Assembly: GCA_045126215.1 (NCBI GenBank)
Contig: JBGVOD010000051.1
Coordinates: forward strand, 1,615 to 65,614
DNA: 64,000 nucleotides
Source of the DNA: Lachnospiraceae bacterium
GTDB lineage: Bacteria; Bacillota; Clostridia; Lachnospirales; Lachnospiraceae
Direction of reading: 5' to 3'
Position numbers and translations under genes: made by a program. Numbering within the stretch: position 1 is the stretch's first letter; every line of letters begins with the position of its first letter. The notes beneath the pieces are model-generated. The model ran no database searches. It saw only the letters and a list, made by a program, of their open reading frames with translations, and was not told the DNA's origin. Shown here piece after piece: positions 29,423-39,900 of the stretch.

Positions 29423-30598
29423 ATGATTATCAAAAAATATCAAGCTGAAACCGAAACAGAAGCAATGATGATGGCTAAAAATGAAATGGGAAGTGCGGCC
29501 GTTATTATGAATGTGAAAACAATTAAACAAAGAGGATTTGCAAAGTTATTCAAAAAGGATATGGTAGAGGTAACAGCTGCACTTGAAGATAAAGTAAGTC
29601 AAACCGAGAGAATACCTGCTGTTAAAATTGATAAAGTGGCAGATGATGGCAGATTTCCTGAACTTGAAGTTTCAAAACCAAATGCAATAGAAGAAAAACT
29701 TAACAACCTTACTAATATGCTTGAAGGTAAAATGAACAATACTAATGAATCAAAAGTTGATCCTGAAGTGAAAAAACCGGAAAACGAAAATACAATAAAC
29801 ATAAAGTTTATCCAATTGGTATATAGACAGTTACTTGATAATGAAGTTGACGAAAAGTATGCAAACCAGATAATAGGTGAGATTCAAAGTTCACTTAAGA
29901 AAGAATCAAATGTAGATAGTATTTTGGCTGGAATTTACCAGAAAATTATTTTGAAACTTGGACAGCCAAAAGCAATAGAAATAGATGAAAAACTTGGTAA
30001 AGTAGTGTTTTTCGTGGGACCAACAGGAGTAGGAAAAACTACTACTATTGCTAAACTGGCATCATATTTTAAAATTCAGAAGAAAGCAAAAGTTGCGCTT
30101 ATTACTTCAGATACATATAGAATTGCAGCAGCAGAGCAACTAAGAACATATGCTAATATATTAGATGTTCCAATATCTGTAGTATACACAGTTGAGGAAT
30201 TTAATCAGGCGGTTAAATTATTCGAGGATTACGATCTTATCTTTGTGGATACAGCAGGAAGATCACATAAGGATAATGAGCAGTGCAGGGAGATGTATCA
30301 TTTAATTGATGATTGTGTTGTAGGAGATAAATTTGTCAAAGAAGTGTATGTTGTTTTGAGTGCAGCAACAAAATATAAAGATTTACTTAAGATTAATGAT
30401 GTTTATAAGAATATAAAGAATTATAGCTTATTGTTTACAAAGCTTGATGAAACAACATGTCTTGGAAATATACTTAATATGAAATTAACGGCAAATGTAC
30501 CTTTATCATATGTAACAAGTGGACAGGCGGTACCTGATGATATTTCTGTTATTGATGCACAAAAAATAGCTAGAAATTTATTAGGTGAAAATGATTAA
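29423..30598 (+). CDS. flhF: Flagellar SRP-type GTPase FlhF
   Basis: GPTGVGKTTTIAKLA, DTAGR and TKLDET motifs. Confidence 0.93.
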   Translation: MIIKKYQAETETEAMMMAKNEMGSAAVIMNVKTIKQRGFAKLFKKDMVEVTAALEDKVSQTERIPAVKIDKVADDGRFPELEVSKPNAIEEKLNNLTNMLEGKMNNTNESKVDPEVKKPENENTINIKFIQLVYRQLLDNEVDEKYANQIIGEIQSSLKKESNVDSILAGIYQKIILKLGQPKAIEIDEKLGKVVFFVGPTGVGKTTTIAKLASYFKIQKKAKVALITSDTYRIAAAEQLRTYANILDVPISVVYTVEEFNQAVKLFEDYDLIFVDTAGRSHKDNEQCREMYHLIDDCVVGDKFVKEVYVVLSAATKYKDLLKINDVYKNIKNYSLLFTKLDETTCLGNILNMKLTANVPLSYVTSGQAVPDDISVIDAQKIARNLLGEND

Positions 30599-30621
30599 TC
30601 CTTTACAATAGGAGGAAAAAG

Positions 30622-31509
30622 ATGGATCAGGCAGAAAAGCTAAGAAATATAATCAAATTACAAAATCAGGCCAATATCCGCCAGGCAAGAGTTATTACTG
30701 TTACAAGTGGAAAGGGCGGTGTTGGTAAGTCAAGTACAGCTATTAATTTAGCTATGCAGTTTAGAAAACAGGGAAAGTCAGTTATAATTTTTGACGCTGA
30801 CTTTGGCCTTGCAAATATTGAGGTTATGTTCGGGGCTATTCCAAAATATAATCTTGCGGATATGATTTTTAGAGGAAAAGACTTTAAAGATATTATTGTA
30901 AAGGGACCGGAAGACATAGGATTTATTTCCGGGGGATCAGGTATAAATGGTCTTTCAAATATGAATAGAGATCAGGTAGGTTATTTGGTATATAAACTAA
31001 AAGAATTAGAGACACTGACCGATATAATAATAATAGACACAGGAGCAGGGATTTCTGATAGTGTGCTTGAATTTGTAGCTGCATCACAGGAAGTTATTCT
31101 TGTCACAACTCCAGAACCAACTTCAATTACAGATGCATATGCATTATTAAAGGCACTTAATAATAGAAGTGGTTTTGAAAAGGAAAATACTATTATAAAA
31201 GTATTGGCAAACCGTGAATCTAATTATGATGAAGGTAGGAATTTATTCAACAAATTGGGGCTTGTTGTAGAGAAGTTTTTAAAGATGGATTTAAAGTTTT
31301 TGGGTATCATTCCAAATGATAATAATATGTCGAAGGCTGTTATATCACAAAAACCAGTATCAATGCTTTATCCTAATTCAGAAAGTGCAAAAGCATATGA
31401 AGAAGTTGCAAATGCATTAATGGAGAACAGAGAAGGAAAAGAGATAAAGAGAAAAGGTCTTGCAAATGCGTTTGTAAGTATGTTTAAAAAAAATAACAAT
31501 GCTGGTTGA
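30622..31509 (+). CDS. flhG: MinD/ParA-type ATPase FlhG (YlxH)
   Basis: Deviant Walker A SGKGGVGKSS. Position after flhF. Confidence 0.92.
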   Translation: MDQAEKLRNIIKLQNQANIRQARVITVTSGKGGVGKSSTAINLAMQFRKQGKSVIIFDADFGLANIEVMFGAIPKYNLADMIFRGKDFKDIIVKGPEDIGFISGGSGINGLSNMNRDQVGYLVYKLKELETLTDIIIIDTGAGISDSVLEFVAASQEVILVTTPEPTSITDAYALLKALNNRSGFEKENTIIKVLANRESNYDEGRNLFNKLGLVVEKFLKMDLKFLGIIPNDNNMSKAVISQKPVSMLYPNSESAKAYEEVANALMENREGKEIKRKGLANAFVSMFKKNNNAG

Positions 31510-31523
31510 TATGGAGGTAGCAT

Positions 31524-32258
31524 ATGTTAAGCAAAATTATAGGTGTTGGAAATAAAATTGAATTACTACGGGTTAGCGGCTCAAATAATCCTTCTAATGG
31601 GGAAGGACAGAAGGTTTATGTCAGTCAGGTATATGAAATAATAGATGAAGACAGAATAAAGATTGCAATACCTATTGAAGCTGGAAAACTTATTCTTATG
31701 CCAAATAATACAAGGATAGATGCCTGCTTTTACACAAGTAAGGGATTGTATCAGGGACGTTTTATCATTGTAGACAGATATAAAGAAGGAAACTTACTTA
31801 TACAGGTTGTTGAACTTATTAATGAACTTCAAAAATATCAGAGAAGACAGTATTTCCGACTTAGTTGTACTATGGGAATAATGTATAAAGATTTATCAAA
31901 AGAGGAACAAGAAGCATACCTTAATGGAGAACATATAGAAGAGGATATAATTGATGATACAGGCTTATTGCCAGGTGTTGCACTTGATATAAGTGGTGGT
32001 GGTATAAGATTTGTGTGTAAGGAAAAGCATGAAAAAAATGATCATATTTTATGTATGTTATCTCTTGAAAGTGAAGAAGAGCAGAGAAAAATAGGAATAT
32101 ATTCAAGAGTTATCAGTTGCGAAACTGTTAAAAATAATAATAAACTTTTTGAACATAGAATAGAATTCACAAACCTTGATGGAGCAGTACGTGAATATAT
32201 TATTAAATACATATTCGAGGAAGAAAGAAGAAGAAGAAAGAAGGAAAATGGTCAATGA
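31524..32258 (+). CDS. PilZ-domain c-di-GMP receptor (YcgR/MotI-like flagellar brake candidate)
   Basis: RRQYFR (RxxxR) and DISGGG (DxSxxG) PilZ signature motifs, preceded by a YcgR-N-like domain. Confidence 0.8.
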   Translation: MLSKIIGVGNKIELLRVSGSNNPSNGEGQKVYVSQVYEIIDEDRIKIAIPIEAGKLILMPNNTRIDACFYTSKGLYQGRFIIVDRYKEGNLLIQVVELINELQKYQRRQYFRLSCTMGIMYKDLSKEEQEAYLNGEHIEEDIIDDTGLLPGVALDISGGGIRFVCKEKHEKNDHILCMLSLESEEEQRKIGIYSRVISCETVKNNNKLFEHRIEFTNLDGAVREYIIKYIFEEERRRRKKENGQ

Positions 32259-33430
32259 TTATGGATAATAAGAAAAAAATATTGATTGTAGATGACTCTG
32301 CACTTATGAGAAGACTTATATCTGATATAATAAATTCAGATAATCGATTCGTAGTAAAAGATCTAGCATGTAACGGACTTGAAGGACTAGACCTTATAAT
32401 TAAAAATCATGCAGAATATGATGCAGTAATTCTTGATATAAACATGCCAAAGATGAATGGTCTTGAATTACTTGAACAATTACAAAAACATCGTATTAAT
32501 TTGAAAGTAATTATGGTTAGTACTTTAACAAAAGAGGGTGCAAAAGAGACAATTATAGCTCTCGAAAGAGGCGCTTTCGATTTTGTTACAAAGCCGGAAA
32601 ACTATCTTAAGGCAAAAGAAGATAGCTTTAAGAATCGAATATTAGATATGTTAGCAACGGCTACTGGAGCAAGTGTAGCAGTTTCATCTGCTGAAAAGGT
32701 TGGAGATGGGAAAACAGGTATCGATTCAAGATTATCTGCTGGCAAAAACCTTGGAACTGTTAAAAATGTTGACTATGTAGCAGTTAATAAACGTATGAAA
32801 TTTGCAAAACATAAGCGCATGAACGGTACGAAAGAAGGAAAAAAGAAACTTGTGGCACTTGCATGTTCAACAGGTGGTCCTAAATCTCTTCAATCCGTTA
32901 TACCAATGCTTCCAAAGGATTTGGATGCTCCGATGGTATTAGTACAGCATATGCCGGCCGGATTCACTAATTCTTTAGCACAGAGATTAAATGATATTAG
33001 TCAGATTTGTGTTAAAGAAGCTGCTGATGGTGATATTCTTAAAAAGGGTCAGGTATATATAGCGCCAGGTGGAAAGCAAATGAAAATTATAAAGGACAAG
33101 GCGTGTTATAGAATATCAATAGTTGATGAAGCTGCCAGAGATGGTCTGAAACCTTGTGCTAATATAATGTATGAATCTCTTATGGATTCAGATTTTGATG
33201 AAATTACATGTGTGGTTTTAACTGGTATGGGCGCAGATGGGACGAATGGTATAGGAATGCTTGGCGAGAAAAATAATATCTATGTTATCGGTCAAGATGA
33301 AAAAACCAGCGTTGTTTACGGCATGCCAAAAGCCATTGCTGAGGCGGAACTAGTGGATGAGGTTGTTCCATTAGAACAGGTTGCCAAGGCTATTCTAAAG
33401 AACGTGGGGGTGCTAAACAATGGACGTTAG
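32255..33430 (+). CDS. cheB: Chemotaxis methylesterase/deamidase CheB
   Basis: N-terminal receiver (ILIVDDSALMR), long linker, and C-terminal esterase domain (ACSTGGP..HMPAGFT..GMGADG). Confidence 0.94.
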   Translation: MIMDNKKKILIVDDSALMRRLISDIINSDNRFVVKDLACNGLEGLDLIIKNHAEYDAVILDINMPKMNGLELLEQLQKHRINLKVIMVSTLTKEGAKETIIALERGAFDFVTKPENYLKAKEDSFKNRILDMLATATGASVAVSSAEKVGDGKTGIDSRLSAGKNLGTVKNVDYVAVNKRMKFAKHKRMNGTKEGKKKLVALACSTGGPKSLQSVIPMLPKDLDAPMVLVQHMPAGFTNSLAQRLNDISQICVKEAADGDILKKGQVYIAPGGKQMKIIKDKACYRISIVDEAARDGLKPCANIMYESLMDSDFDEITCVVLTGMGADGTNGIGMLGEKNNIYVIGQDEKTSVVYGMPKAIAEAELVDEVVPLEQVAKAILKNVGVLNNGR

Positions 33431-35510
33431 CCAATATTTAGAGATTTTTATTGATGAGACTAAAGAACATTTACAAACATTAAGCGAACAGCTTATGATT
33501 CTTGAACAGGAGCCAAAAAATGAAGATACAATAAACGAAATCTTCCGTGCAGCTCATTCGTTAAAGGGTATGGCTGGTACAATGGGATATAAGAGAATGC
33601 AACATCTTACACATATGATGGAAAATGCACTCTCTGAAATTCGTAGTGGTAAAATGGTTGTAACTGAAGATTTAGTTGATATTTTGTTTCAGTGTCTTGA
33701 TGCTTTAGAGGCATATCTTGATAATATTTGTGAGTCATCAGATGAAGGCACAGAAGATAATGAACCAATTATTGGTAGATTAAATGCATTTTTGGCTGGA
33801 GATGTAAAGGCAGAAGTAAAGAGTGAAGAACCTGCTAAAAAAGAAGAAACAGCAGAAACAAATAAGACAGAATCGGCTGGTGGTACAGATTTTAAGTTAG
33901 CGGACTTTGAAATCAATGCTATTAAAGAAGCGTTCGCAAAGGAGCTTAATGTATATTATCTTACAGTACATGTTGATGAAAACTGTATTCTCAAAGCAGC
34001 AAGAGCTTTCTTGGTATTTAAAGCAATTGAAGAACTTGGTGAAATTATTAAATCAAATCCATCAGTGCAGGATATTGAAGATGAAAAATTCGAATTTAGC
34101 TTTGAATTATTTGTAATCTCAAAAGAGTCAATAGACAAAGTTAAATCTGCTATTGAGAATGTATCAGAAATCAGAGGCGTTGATGGAAGTCAGATTACAG
34201 AAGTTCCTTCTGCTGATGCAAAAGAAGAAAAAGCAGTTGAAACAACAAAGGACACAAATGAGACAACGACAACTCCAGCAACAACGACAACAGAACCTGC
34301 AAAAGTAAATAAAGCAGCGACTACAACGCAAAAACCAAGTGGTAAGCCTGTTGTAAACCGTTCAGTAAGAGTTGATATTGAAAAACTTGATGTTCTTATG
34401 AATCTGGTAAGTGAGCTTATTATTGCAAAGAACGGACTTGTATCTGTTAGTGCTGCTGATGGTGGTACAAATTCACAGGGATTTAATGAACAGATTGAAT
34501 ATCTTGAAAGAGTTACAACAAATCTTCATGAATCAGTTATGAAGGTTAGAATGCAGCCTATTGAAACAGTTACACAGAAATTCCCTAAGATGGTTAGAGA
34601 TCTTTCAAAGAAGCTTGATAAGCAGATGAAACTTACAATTTCAGGTGAAGATACAGAACTTGACAGAACTGTTATTGATGAAATCGGTGATCCACTCATG
34701 CATTTGCTTAGAAACTCTGCAGACCATGGACTTGAAAGTGCAGAGGTTCGTGCACAGAGAGGAAAAGATCCTGTAGGAAGCATATTATTAAATGCATATC
34801 AGGATGGTAATAATGTTGTTATTGAGGTTACTGATGATGGTAATGGTATTGATGTTGAGAAGGTAAGAGATAAGGCCCTTGAAAAAGGAACAATTACTCC
34901 TGAACAGGCTGAAACAATGAGCGATAAAGATATTGTTGATTTATTATTCAAGCCAAGTTTTTCTACTGCAAAACAGGTTACAGATGTATCAGGCAGAGGC
35001 GTTGGTCTTGATGTTGTTAAGACAAAGATTGAATCCCTTGGTGGTGATATTGAAGTTAAAACAAAACTTGGTGAAGGTAGTACATTTGTTATCAGACTTC
35101 CACTTACACTTGCCATTATACAGGCTCTTATGGTAGAAGTTGGTGAAGAGAAATATGCAATTTCTCTTGGATCAATTATGACCATTGAAGATGTAGAAAA
35201 GTCAGATATCAAGTATGTTCAGCAAAAAGAAGTTATTAATTTAAGAGATAATGTTATTCCAATTATCAGATTACATGAAGTTTTAGATGTGACTCCATGT
35301 GAAGAGGAACCAGAATCTTATACAGTAGTTATTATCAAGAAAGGCGACAGACAGGCAGGTCTTGTGGTTGACAGATTAATCGGACAGCAGGAAATCGTTA
35401 TTAAGTCACTTGGTAAGTATATTGCAAATAACAGTAAACTTATTAGTGGTGCTACAATCCTTGGTGATGGCGAAGTTGCATTGATCATTGATGCAAATAC
35501 TTTAGTGTAG
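33420..35510 (+). CDS. cheA: Chemotaxis histidine kinase CheA
   Basis: Hpt H-box AAHSLKGMAG, HATPase N/G boxes (HLLRNSADHG, DDGNGID, GRGVGLD), and C-terminal CheW-like P5. Confidence 0.97.
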   Translation: MDVSQYLEIFIDETKEHLQTLSEQLMILEQEPKNEDTINEIFRAAHSLKGMAGTMGYKRMQHLTHMMENALSEIRSGKMVVTEDLVDILFQCLDALEAYLDNICESSDEGTEDNEPIIGRLNAFLAGDVKAEVKSEEPAKKEETAETNKTESAGGTDFKLADFEINAIKEAFAKELNVYYLTVHVDENCILKAARAFLVFKAIEELGEIIKSNPSVQDIEDEKFEFSFELFVISKESIDKVKSAIENVSEIRGVDGSQITEVPSADAKEEKAVETTKDTNETTTTPATTTTEPAKVNKAATTTQKPSGKPVVNRSVRVDIEKLDVLMNLVSELIIAKNGLVSVSAADGGTNSQGFNEQIEYLERVTTNLHESVMKVRMQPIETVTQKFPKMVRDLSKKLDKQMKLTISGEDTELDRTVIDEIGDPLMHLLRNSADHGLESAEVRAQRGKDPVGSILLNAYQDGNNVVIEVTDDGNGIDVEKVRDKALEKGTITPEQAETMSDKDIVDLLFKPSFSTAKQVTDVSGRGVGLDVVKTKIESLGGDIEVKTKLGEGSTFVIRLPLTLAIIQALMVEVGEEKYAISLGSIMTIEDVEKSDIKYVQQKEVINLRDNVIPIIRLHEVLDVTPCEEEPESYTVVIIKKGDRQAGLVVDRLIGQQEIVIKSLGKYIANNSKLISGATILGDGEVALIIDANTLV

Positions 35511-35522
35511 GAGGTGCCCTAA

Positions 35523-35975
35523 ATGGATAATAGTAAATTATTAGGTAGTTCTTCTGTTCAGTACATAGTAGTAAAGCTTGGAGAAGAACAATATGGTATT
35601 GATATAAAATATGTTGATAATATAGTTAGAATGCAGAAAATAACAAGAGTTCCAAAGGCTCAGGATTTTTTCAATGGAGTAATAAATCTTCGTGGTGAAA
35701 TTATTCCGGTTATTAGTATAAGAAGAAGATTTGGTTTGGAAAATGATACTTTTACAGATCAGTCTAGAATTATCGTTCTAAAACCTGAACAGCAGGAAGC
35801 AATCGGTGTTATTGTCGATGTAGTAAAAGAAGTTGTAACATTAGACGAAAGCCAGATTGAGAAAGTCTATAGTGATGGTAAAGATGATAAATCTAAGTAT
35901 GTTAGTGCAGTTGGAAAGAACCAGAATAGCCTTATTACATTATTGAATGTTAACGGAATACTGGATTTTAACTAA
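35523..35975 (+). CDS. cheW: Chemotaxis coupling protein CheW
   Basis: 150-aa CheW domain (INLRGEIIPVISIRRRFG). Confidence 0.95.
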   Translation: MDNSKLLGSSSVQYIVVKLGEEQYGIDIKYVDNIVRMQKITRVPKAQDFFNGVINLRGEIIPVISIRRRFGLENDTFTDQSRIIVLKPEQQEAIGVIVDVVKEVVTLDESQIEKVYSDGKDDKSKYVSAVGKNQNSLITLLNVNGILDFN

Positions 35976-35992
35976 TATGGAAAGAGGTATGT

Positions 35993-36619
35993 ATGCCAAA
36001 AATAGATTTAGGTAATATGGATTCAATGCAGTATGATGTGCTTAAAGAAATTGGTAACATTGGTGCAGGAAATGCAACTACAGCACTAGCTAAAATGCTT
36101 GACGCAAAGATTGATATGAATGTCCCAAAGGTTGAACTTGTTGGATTTAGTGAGATTGCAACAGTAATGGGTGCAGAAGAAAATGTTATGGCAGCAATAC
36201 TATTATTATTAGAGGGAGATATTAATGGTATGATGATGTTTCTTCTGGATGTTGATTCGGCAAGAAGTCTTGTAAGTAAATTAATGGGACAGCCTATTGA
36301 TGAATCCAAGATGGGATCAGCTGATTTTAGTGACCTTGAGAAATCAGCCCTTAGTGAAATAGGGAATATTATTACAGGGGCATATCTTTCTGCTTTATCG
36401 GATTTGACAAGACTTACAATTATTGAAAGTGTTCCAAGCCTACAGATAGATATGGCGGCAAGTATTTTAAGTGTACCTGCTATTGAATTTAGTAAAATTG
36501 GTGATAAGGTTTTACTTATTGAAACACAGTTTGATACAAATACAAACCTAAATGGATTCTTTATTTTAGTGCCTGAACTTGATTCTTACGACACGATTTT
36601 AAGTTCATTAGGATTATAG
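35993..36619 (+). CDS. cheC: CheY-P phosphatase CheC
   Basis: Duplicated motif EIGNIGAGNATTAL / EIGNIITGAYLSAL. Confidence 0.92.
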   Translation: MPKIDLGNMDSMQYDVLKEIGNIGAGNATTALAKMLDAKIDMNVPKVELVGFSEIATVMGAEENVMAAILLLLEGDINGMMMFLLDVDSARSLVSKLMGQPIDESKMGSADFSDLEKSALSEIGNIITGAYLSALSDLTRLTIIESVPSLQIDMAASILSVPAIEFSKIGDKVLLIETQFDTNTNLNGFFILVPELDSYDTILSSLGL

Positions 36620-36631
36620 AGGTATTTTTAT

Positions 36632-37120
36632 ATGGGAGAAGTCATAAAAGTTGGAATGGCTGATTTGAAGGTATGTGAACCACCAGATAGCCTAACCACG
36701 TTGGGACTTGGTTCCTGTGTAGGGATTGCACTATATGATAAAGGTACAAAGATTACGGGACTTGCACATATAATGCTCCCTAGCAGCAAAGAAATAAGTA
36801 ATAACACAAACATTGCCAAGTTTGCTGACACAGGAATTGAAGAGACGATACGTCTTATGCAGGCAAAGGGCGCAAATATAAATAATATCGTTGCAAAAAT
36901 TGCAGGCGGAGCTCAGATGTTTGGATTTTCGTTAAAGAATAATGATATGCTGAATGTTGGAAGTCGCAACGTTAAAGCTGTGAAGGATAAATTAGCTGAA
37001 TTAAAAATACCGATTGTTGCTGAAGATACAGGACTTAACTATGGTAGAACAGTTATTATTGATTCCATGACGGGAATGTATACAATAAAGGCAGTCGGAA
37101 AAGAAGTAACACAAATTTAA
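36632..37120 (+). CDS. cheD: Chemoreceptor glutamine deamidase CheD
   Basis: LGSCVGIALYD..AHIMLP motifs. Confidence 0.93.
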   Translation: MGEVIKVGMADLKVCEPPDSLTTLGLGSCVGIALYDKGTKITGLAHIMLPSSKEISNNTNIAKFADTGIEETIRLMQAKGANINNIVAKIAGGAQMFGFSLKNNDMLNVGSRNVKAVKDKLAELKIPIVAEDTGLNYGRTVIIDSMTGMYTIKAVGKEVTQI

Positions 37121-37147
37121 TTATTGAAATAATATAGGAATGAAAAA

Positions 37148-37447
37148 ATGAAAGACCGTATAAGATATATACCATCAATTATAATGCTGGTAGCAGGACT
37201 TGTAGCCTGTATAGTTACATTTATTAATCATTATAAACCGTTAGAATCAATGATAACAATTCTTGTGACCATAGTAGTGTTTTATTGTGTTGGTTGTATC
37301 GTTAAAGCGGTCTTTAACAAATGCCTTATAGTAGAGGATGAAACTGAAGAAGCAACTGAGGAAGAAGAACCGTCGGAGGATGGGGAAACTTCTTCGGAAG
37401 CTGATTTAGAAGAAAGGGCTGAAGATTACGAGACAGATAATCAGTAA
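37148..37447 (+). CDS. Small two-TM membrane protein with strongly acidic C-terminal tail (unknown function)
   Basis: 99 aa with two hydrophobic helices, then EDETEEATEEEEPSEDGETSSEADLEERAEDYETDNQ. Good coding context between cheD and sigD. Confidence 0.6.
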   Translation: MKDRIRYIPSIIMLVAGLVACIVTFINHYKPLESMITILVTIVVFYCVGCIVKAVFNKCLIVEDETEEATEEEEPSEDGETSSEADLEERAEDYETDNQ

Positions 37448-37481
37448 ACAAAAATAGAAAGTAATCTATGGAGGTGCTGTT

Positions 37482-38258
37482 ATGGCATCAGATAATAAGA
37501 CAAAACTCTGGGAGTCCTATTCAAAAAACAGGACTGCAAGTGTCAAAGAACAGTTAATAATTGAATATGCGCCATTGGTTAAACTGGTGGCGGGAAGATT
37601 AAGTATGTATCTTGGTTATAATGTTGAATATGATGATCTTGTAGGATATGGAATATTTGGACTTATAGATGCAATTGATAAATTTGATTATGGCAAGGGA
37701 ATAAAGTTTGAAACGTACGCAAGTTTAAGAATAAGAGGTTCTATTCTGGATCAGATTAGAAAGATGGATTGGATTCCAAGAAGTCTTAGACAAAAACAGA
37801 AAAAGATAGATCAGGCAATGACAAAGCTTGAAACAGAGCTTGGCAGATCTGCAACTGATGAGGAAATTGCCAAGGAGCTTGAAATAACAGAAGAAGAGCT
37901 TACAAACTGGCAGGGACAGACAAATGTGACAAACATTATTTCACTTGATGAATTTATAGATACAGCTGGGGAAAAAGGTGTAGAGCCAACGAAGAGTAAT
38001 CCTTTTGAACAGCCAGAGGAAGTAGTTGAAAAAGCTGAATTGAGAAAACTGCTGGCAGAGTCGCTTAATGGACTAACAGATAAGGAAAAAAAGGTTATTC
38101 TATTATATTATTATGAAGAGTTGAACTTAAAAGAAATCAGCAGAGTACTTGAAGTGTCTGAATCAAGAGTTTCACAACTCCATACAAAAGCGCTGCAGAA
38201 GATGAAAGCAAAATTGGGAAGTACGGCTGGTTATGTATTTAGTAATATAAATTATTAG
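37482..38258 (+). CDS. sigD: Flagellar sigma factor SigD/FliA (sigma-28)
   Basis: Sigma-70 regions 2-4 (DDLVGYGIFGLIDAIDKFD, ISRVLEVSESRVSQLHTKAL). Terminal position in the che block as in Bacillus. Confidence 0.93.
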   Translation: MASDNKTKLWESYSKNRTASVKEQLIIEYAPLVKLVAGRLSMYLGYNVEYDDLVGYGIFGLIDAIDKFDYGKGIKFETYASLRIRGSILDQIRKMDWIPRSLRQKQKKIDQAMTKLETELGRSATDEEIAKELEITEEELTNWQGQTNVTNIISLDEFIDTAGEKGVEPTKSNPFEQPEEVVEKAELRKLLAESLNGLTDKEKKVILLYYYEELNLKEISRVLEVSESRVSQLHTKALQKMKAKLGSTAGYVFSNINY

Positions 38259-38272
38259 GAGAGAAGACAGTT

Positions 38273-39871
38273 ATGGAGTACACAAACAGTTATTTTAGTT
38301 TGGACATTTCTAAGATGGGAGTGGCAATGAAATACTACCCACCTAAAAATGGTGGAGAAAGACTCAATATTGATGATGTAATGTCATACTTAAAGAAAAA
38401 TAATATTGATGATTTTGATGTAAAAGTGATTAATAATATTATAACTCAGGATGAAGAGAAGACAGTTACAATTAGTAATAAAGAGACATACAGTATCGAT
38501 GAATATATGGAAATCAGTATAGATGATAACAGAATGTCTGCTAAGGTAAGATTTTATCCACCATCAAATAATGGAAGTAGAATTTCAAGTGATGAAATGC
38601 TTTCTGACCTTAAAGCATACAAGATAGTATTTGGCGTTGATGAAGAAGTGTTAGAGAAGCATACAAAAAGTCCTGAATACATGAAATGGGTAATTGTTGC
38701 AAAAGGACAGGAGCCTGTACATGGTAGTGATGCATCAATCGAGTATAAGTTCAGTGCAAACAGAAAAGCAAAGCCACAACTAAATGAAGATGGAACAGTA
38801 GATTTTCATAAGTTGAATAATATAAGCCATGTATCAGTTGGTGATGTTTTAGCCATTCTTCATAAAGAAGATTTAGGTAAAGCGGGTACTGACGTATTTG
38901 GCAATGTTGTTGCACCAAGAAAAGTCAATAGAGCGGTATTGAGATTTGGAAATAATATAAAACTTAGTGAAGATGGTACAACATTAACTTCTTTGGTTGA
39001 TGGACATGTAACTTTAGATGGTGACAGAGTATCTGTTTCTAATCTGTATGAAGTTCCAGCTGATGTTGATAATTCCACAGGAGACATTGAATATAATGGA
39101 AGTGTATGTATAAAAGGAAATGTACGTACAGGTTTTAAAGTAAGAGCAAAAGGTAATGTTGAAATCTATGGTGTTGTTGAAGGTGCAACAATTATCGCAG
39201 ATGGTGATATTATGCTGAGACGAGGAGTCCAGGGAATGGGCAGATGTCAGATTATTGCTGGAGGAAATCTTATTTCAAGATTCATTGAGAGCGCTGTTGT
39301 TGCAACAAAGGGATATGTAGAAACAGATACAATACTGCATAGCCAGGTATCTGCAAAGGGTGACATCTATGTTCGTGGAAAAAATGGAGATATCATTGGT
39401 GGAAACGTCAGGTCGGCAACATTAATAGAAGCAACAACTATTGGTTCTACAATGGGCATAACAACAAATGTTGAGGTTGGAACAGATCCTGCTGTAATTG
39501 ATGCGATTAACAAATTAAAAAAAGAAATTACAGATAAGAATAAAGTTATGGGAAATCTTACGCAGTCTGTTATGTTGTTTAAACAGAAGATGCAGAATGG
39601 TATCAAGATTGATGATGCAAAGATGATGCAGATGCAAAAGACTGCAAATGAAATTTTAAAACTTGAAAAAGAGATTGCTACACTTAGTGAAGAGTATGAG
39701 AAAAAACAAGGTTTGCTTTCTGAGAATGCTAATGCTAAAATAAATGTTAAAAATACGATATATCAAGGTGCAAAAGTTACGATTTCAGGAGATTATATCC
39801 TGATTCATAGTGCAATTTCGAGATGTACATATAAAAAAGAAAAAGGCGAAATCAAGGCATTTCCGCTATAA
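38273..39871 (+). CDS. DUF342/FapA-family protein (flagellar assembly protein A-like)
   Basis: 532 aa with beta-helix-like repeated G-rich segments (GDIxxxGxV) and a C-terminal coiled coil, typical of FapA/DUF342. Confidence 0.75.
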   Translation: MEYTNSYFSLDISKMGVAMKYYPPKNGGERLNIDDVMSYLKKNNIDDFDVKVINNIITQDEEKTVTISNKETYSIDEYMEISIDDNRMSAKVRFYPPSNNGSRISSDEMLSDLKAYKIVFGVDEEVLEKHTKSPEYMKWVIVAKGQEPVHGSDASIEYKFSANRKAKPQLNEDGTVDFHKLNNISHVSVGDVLAILHKEDLGKAGTDVFGNVVAPRKVNRAVLRFGNNIKLSEDGTTLTSLVDGHVTLDGDRVSVSNLYEVPADVDNSTGDIEYNGSVCIKGNVRTGFKVRAKGNVEIYGVVEGATIIADGDIMLRRGVQGMGRCQIIAGGNLISRFIESAVVATKGYVETDTILHSQVSAKGDIYVRGKNGDIIGGNVRSATLIEATTIGSTMGITTNVEVGTDPAVIDAINKLKKEITDKNKVMGNLTQSVMLFKQKMQNGIKIDDAKMMQMQKTANEILKLEKEIATLSEEYEKKQGLLSENANAKINVKNTIYQGAKVTISGDYILIHSAISRCTYKKEKGEIKAFPL

Positions 39872-39900
39872 AACAAACTTTTGGCGAAAGAGGTAGTAAT

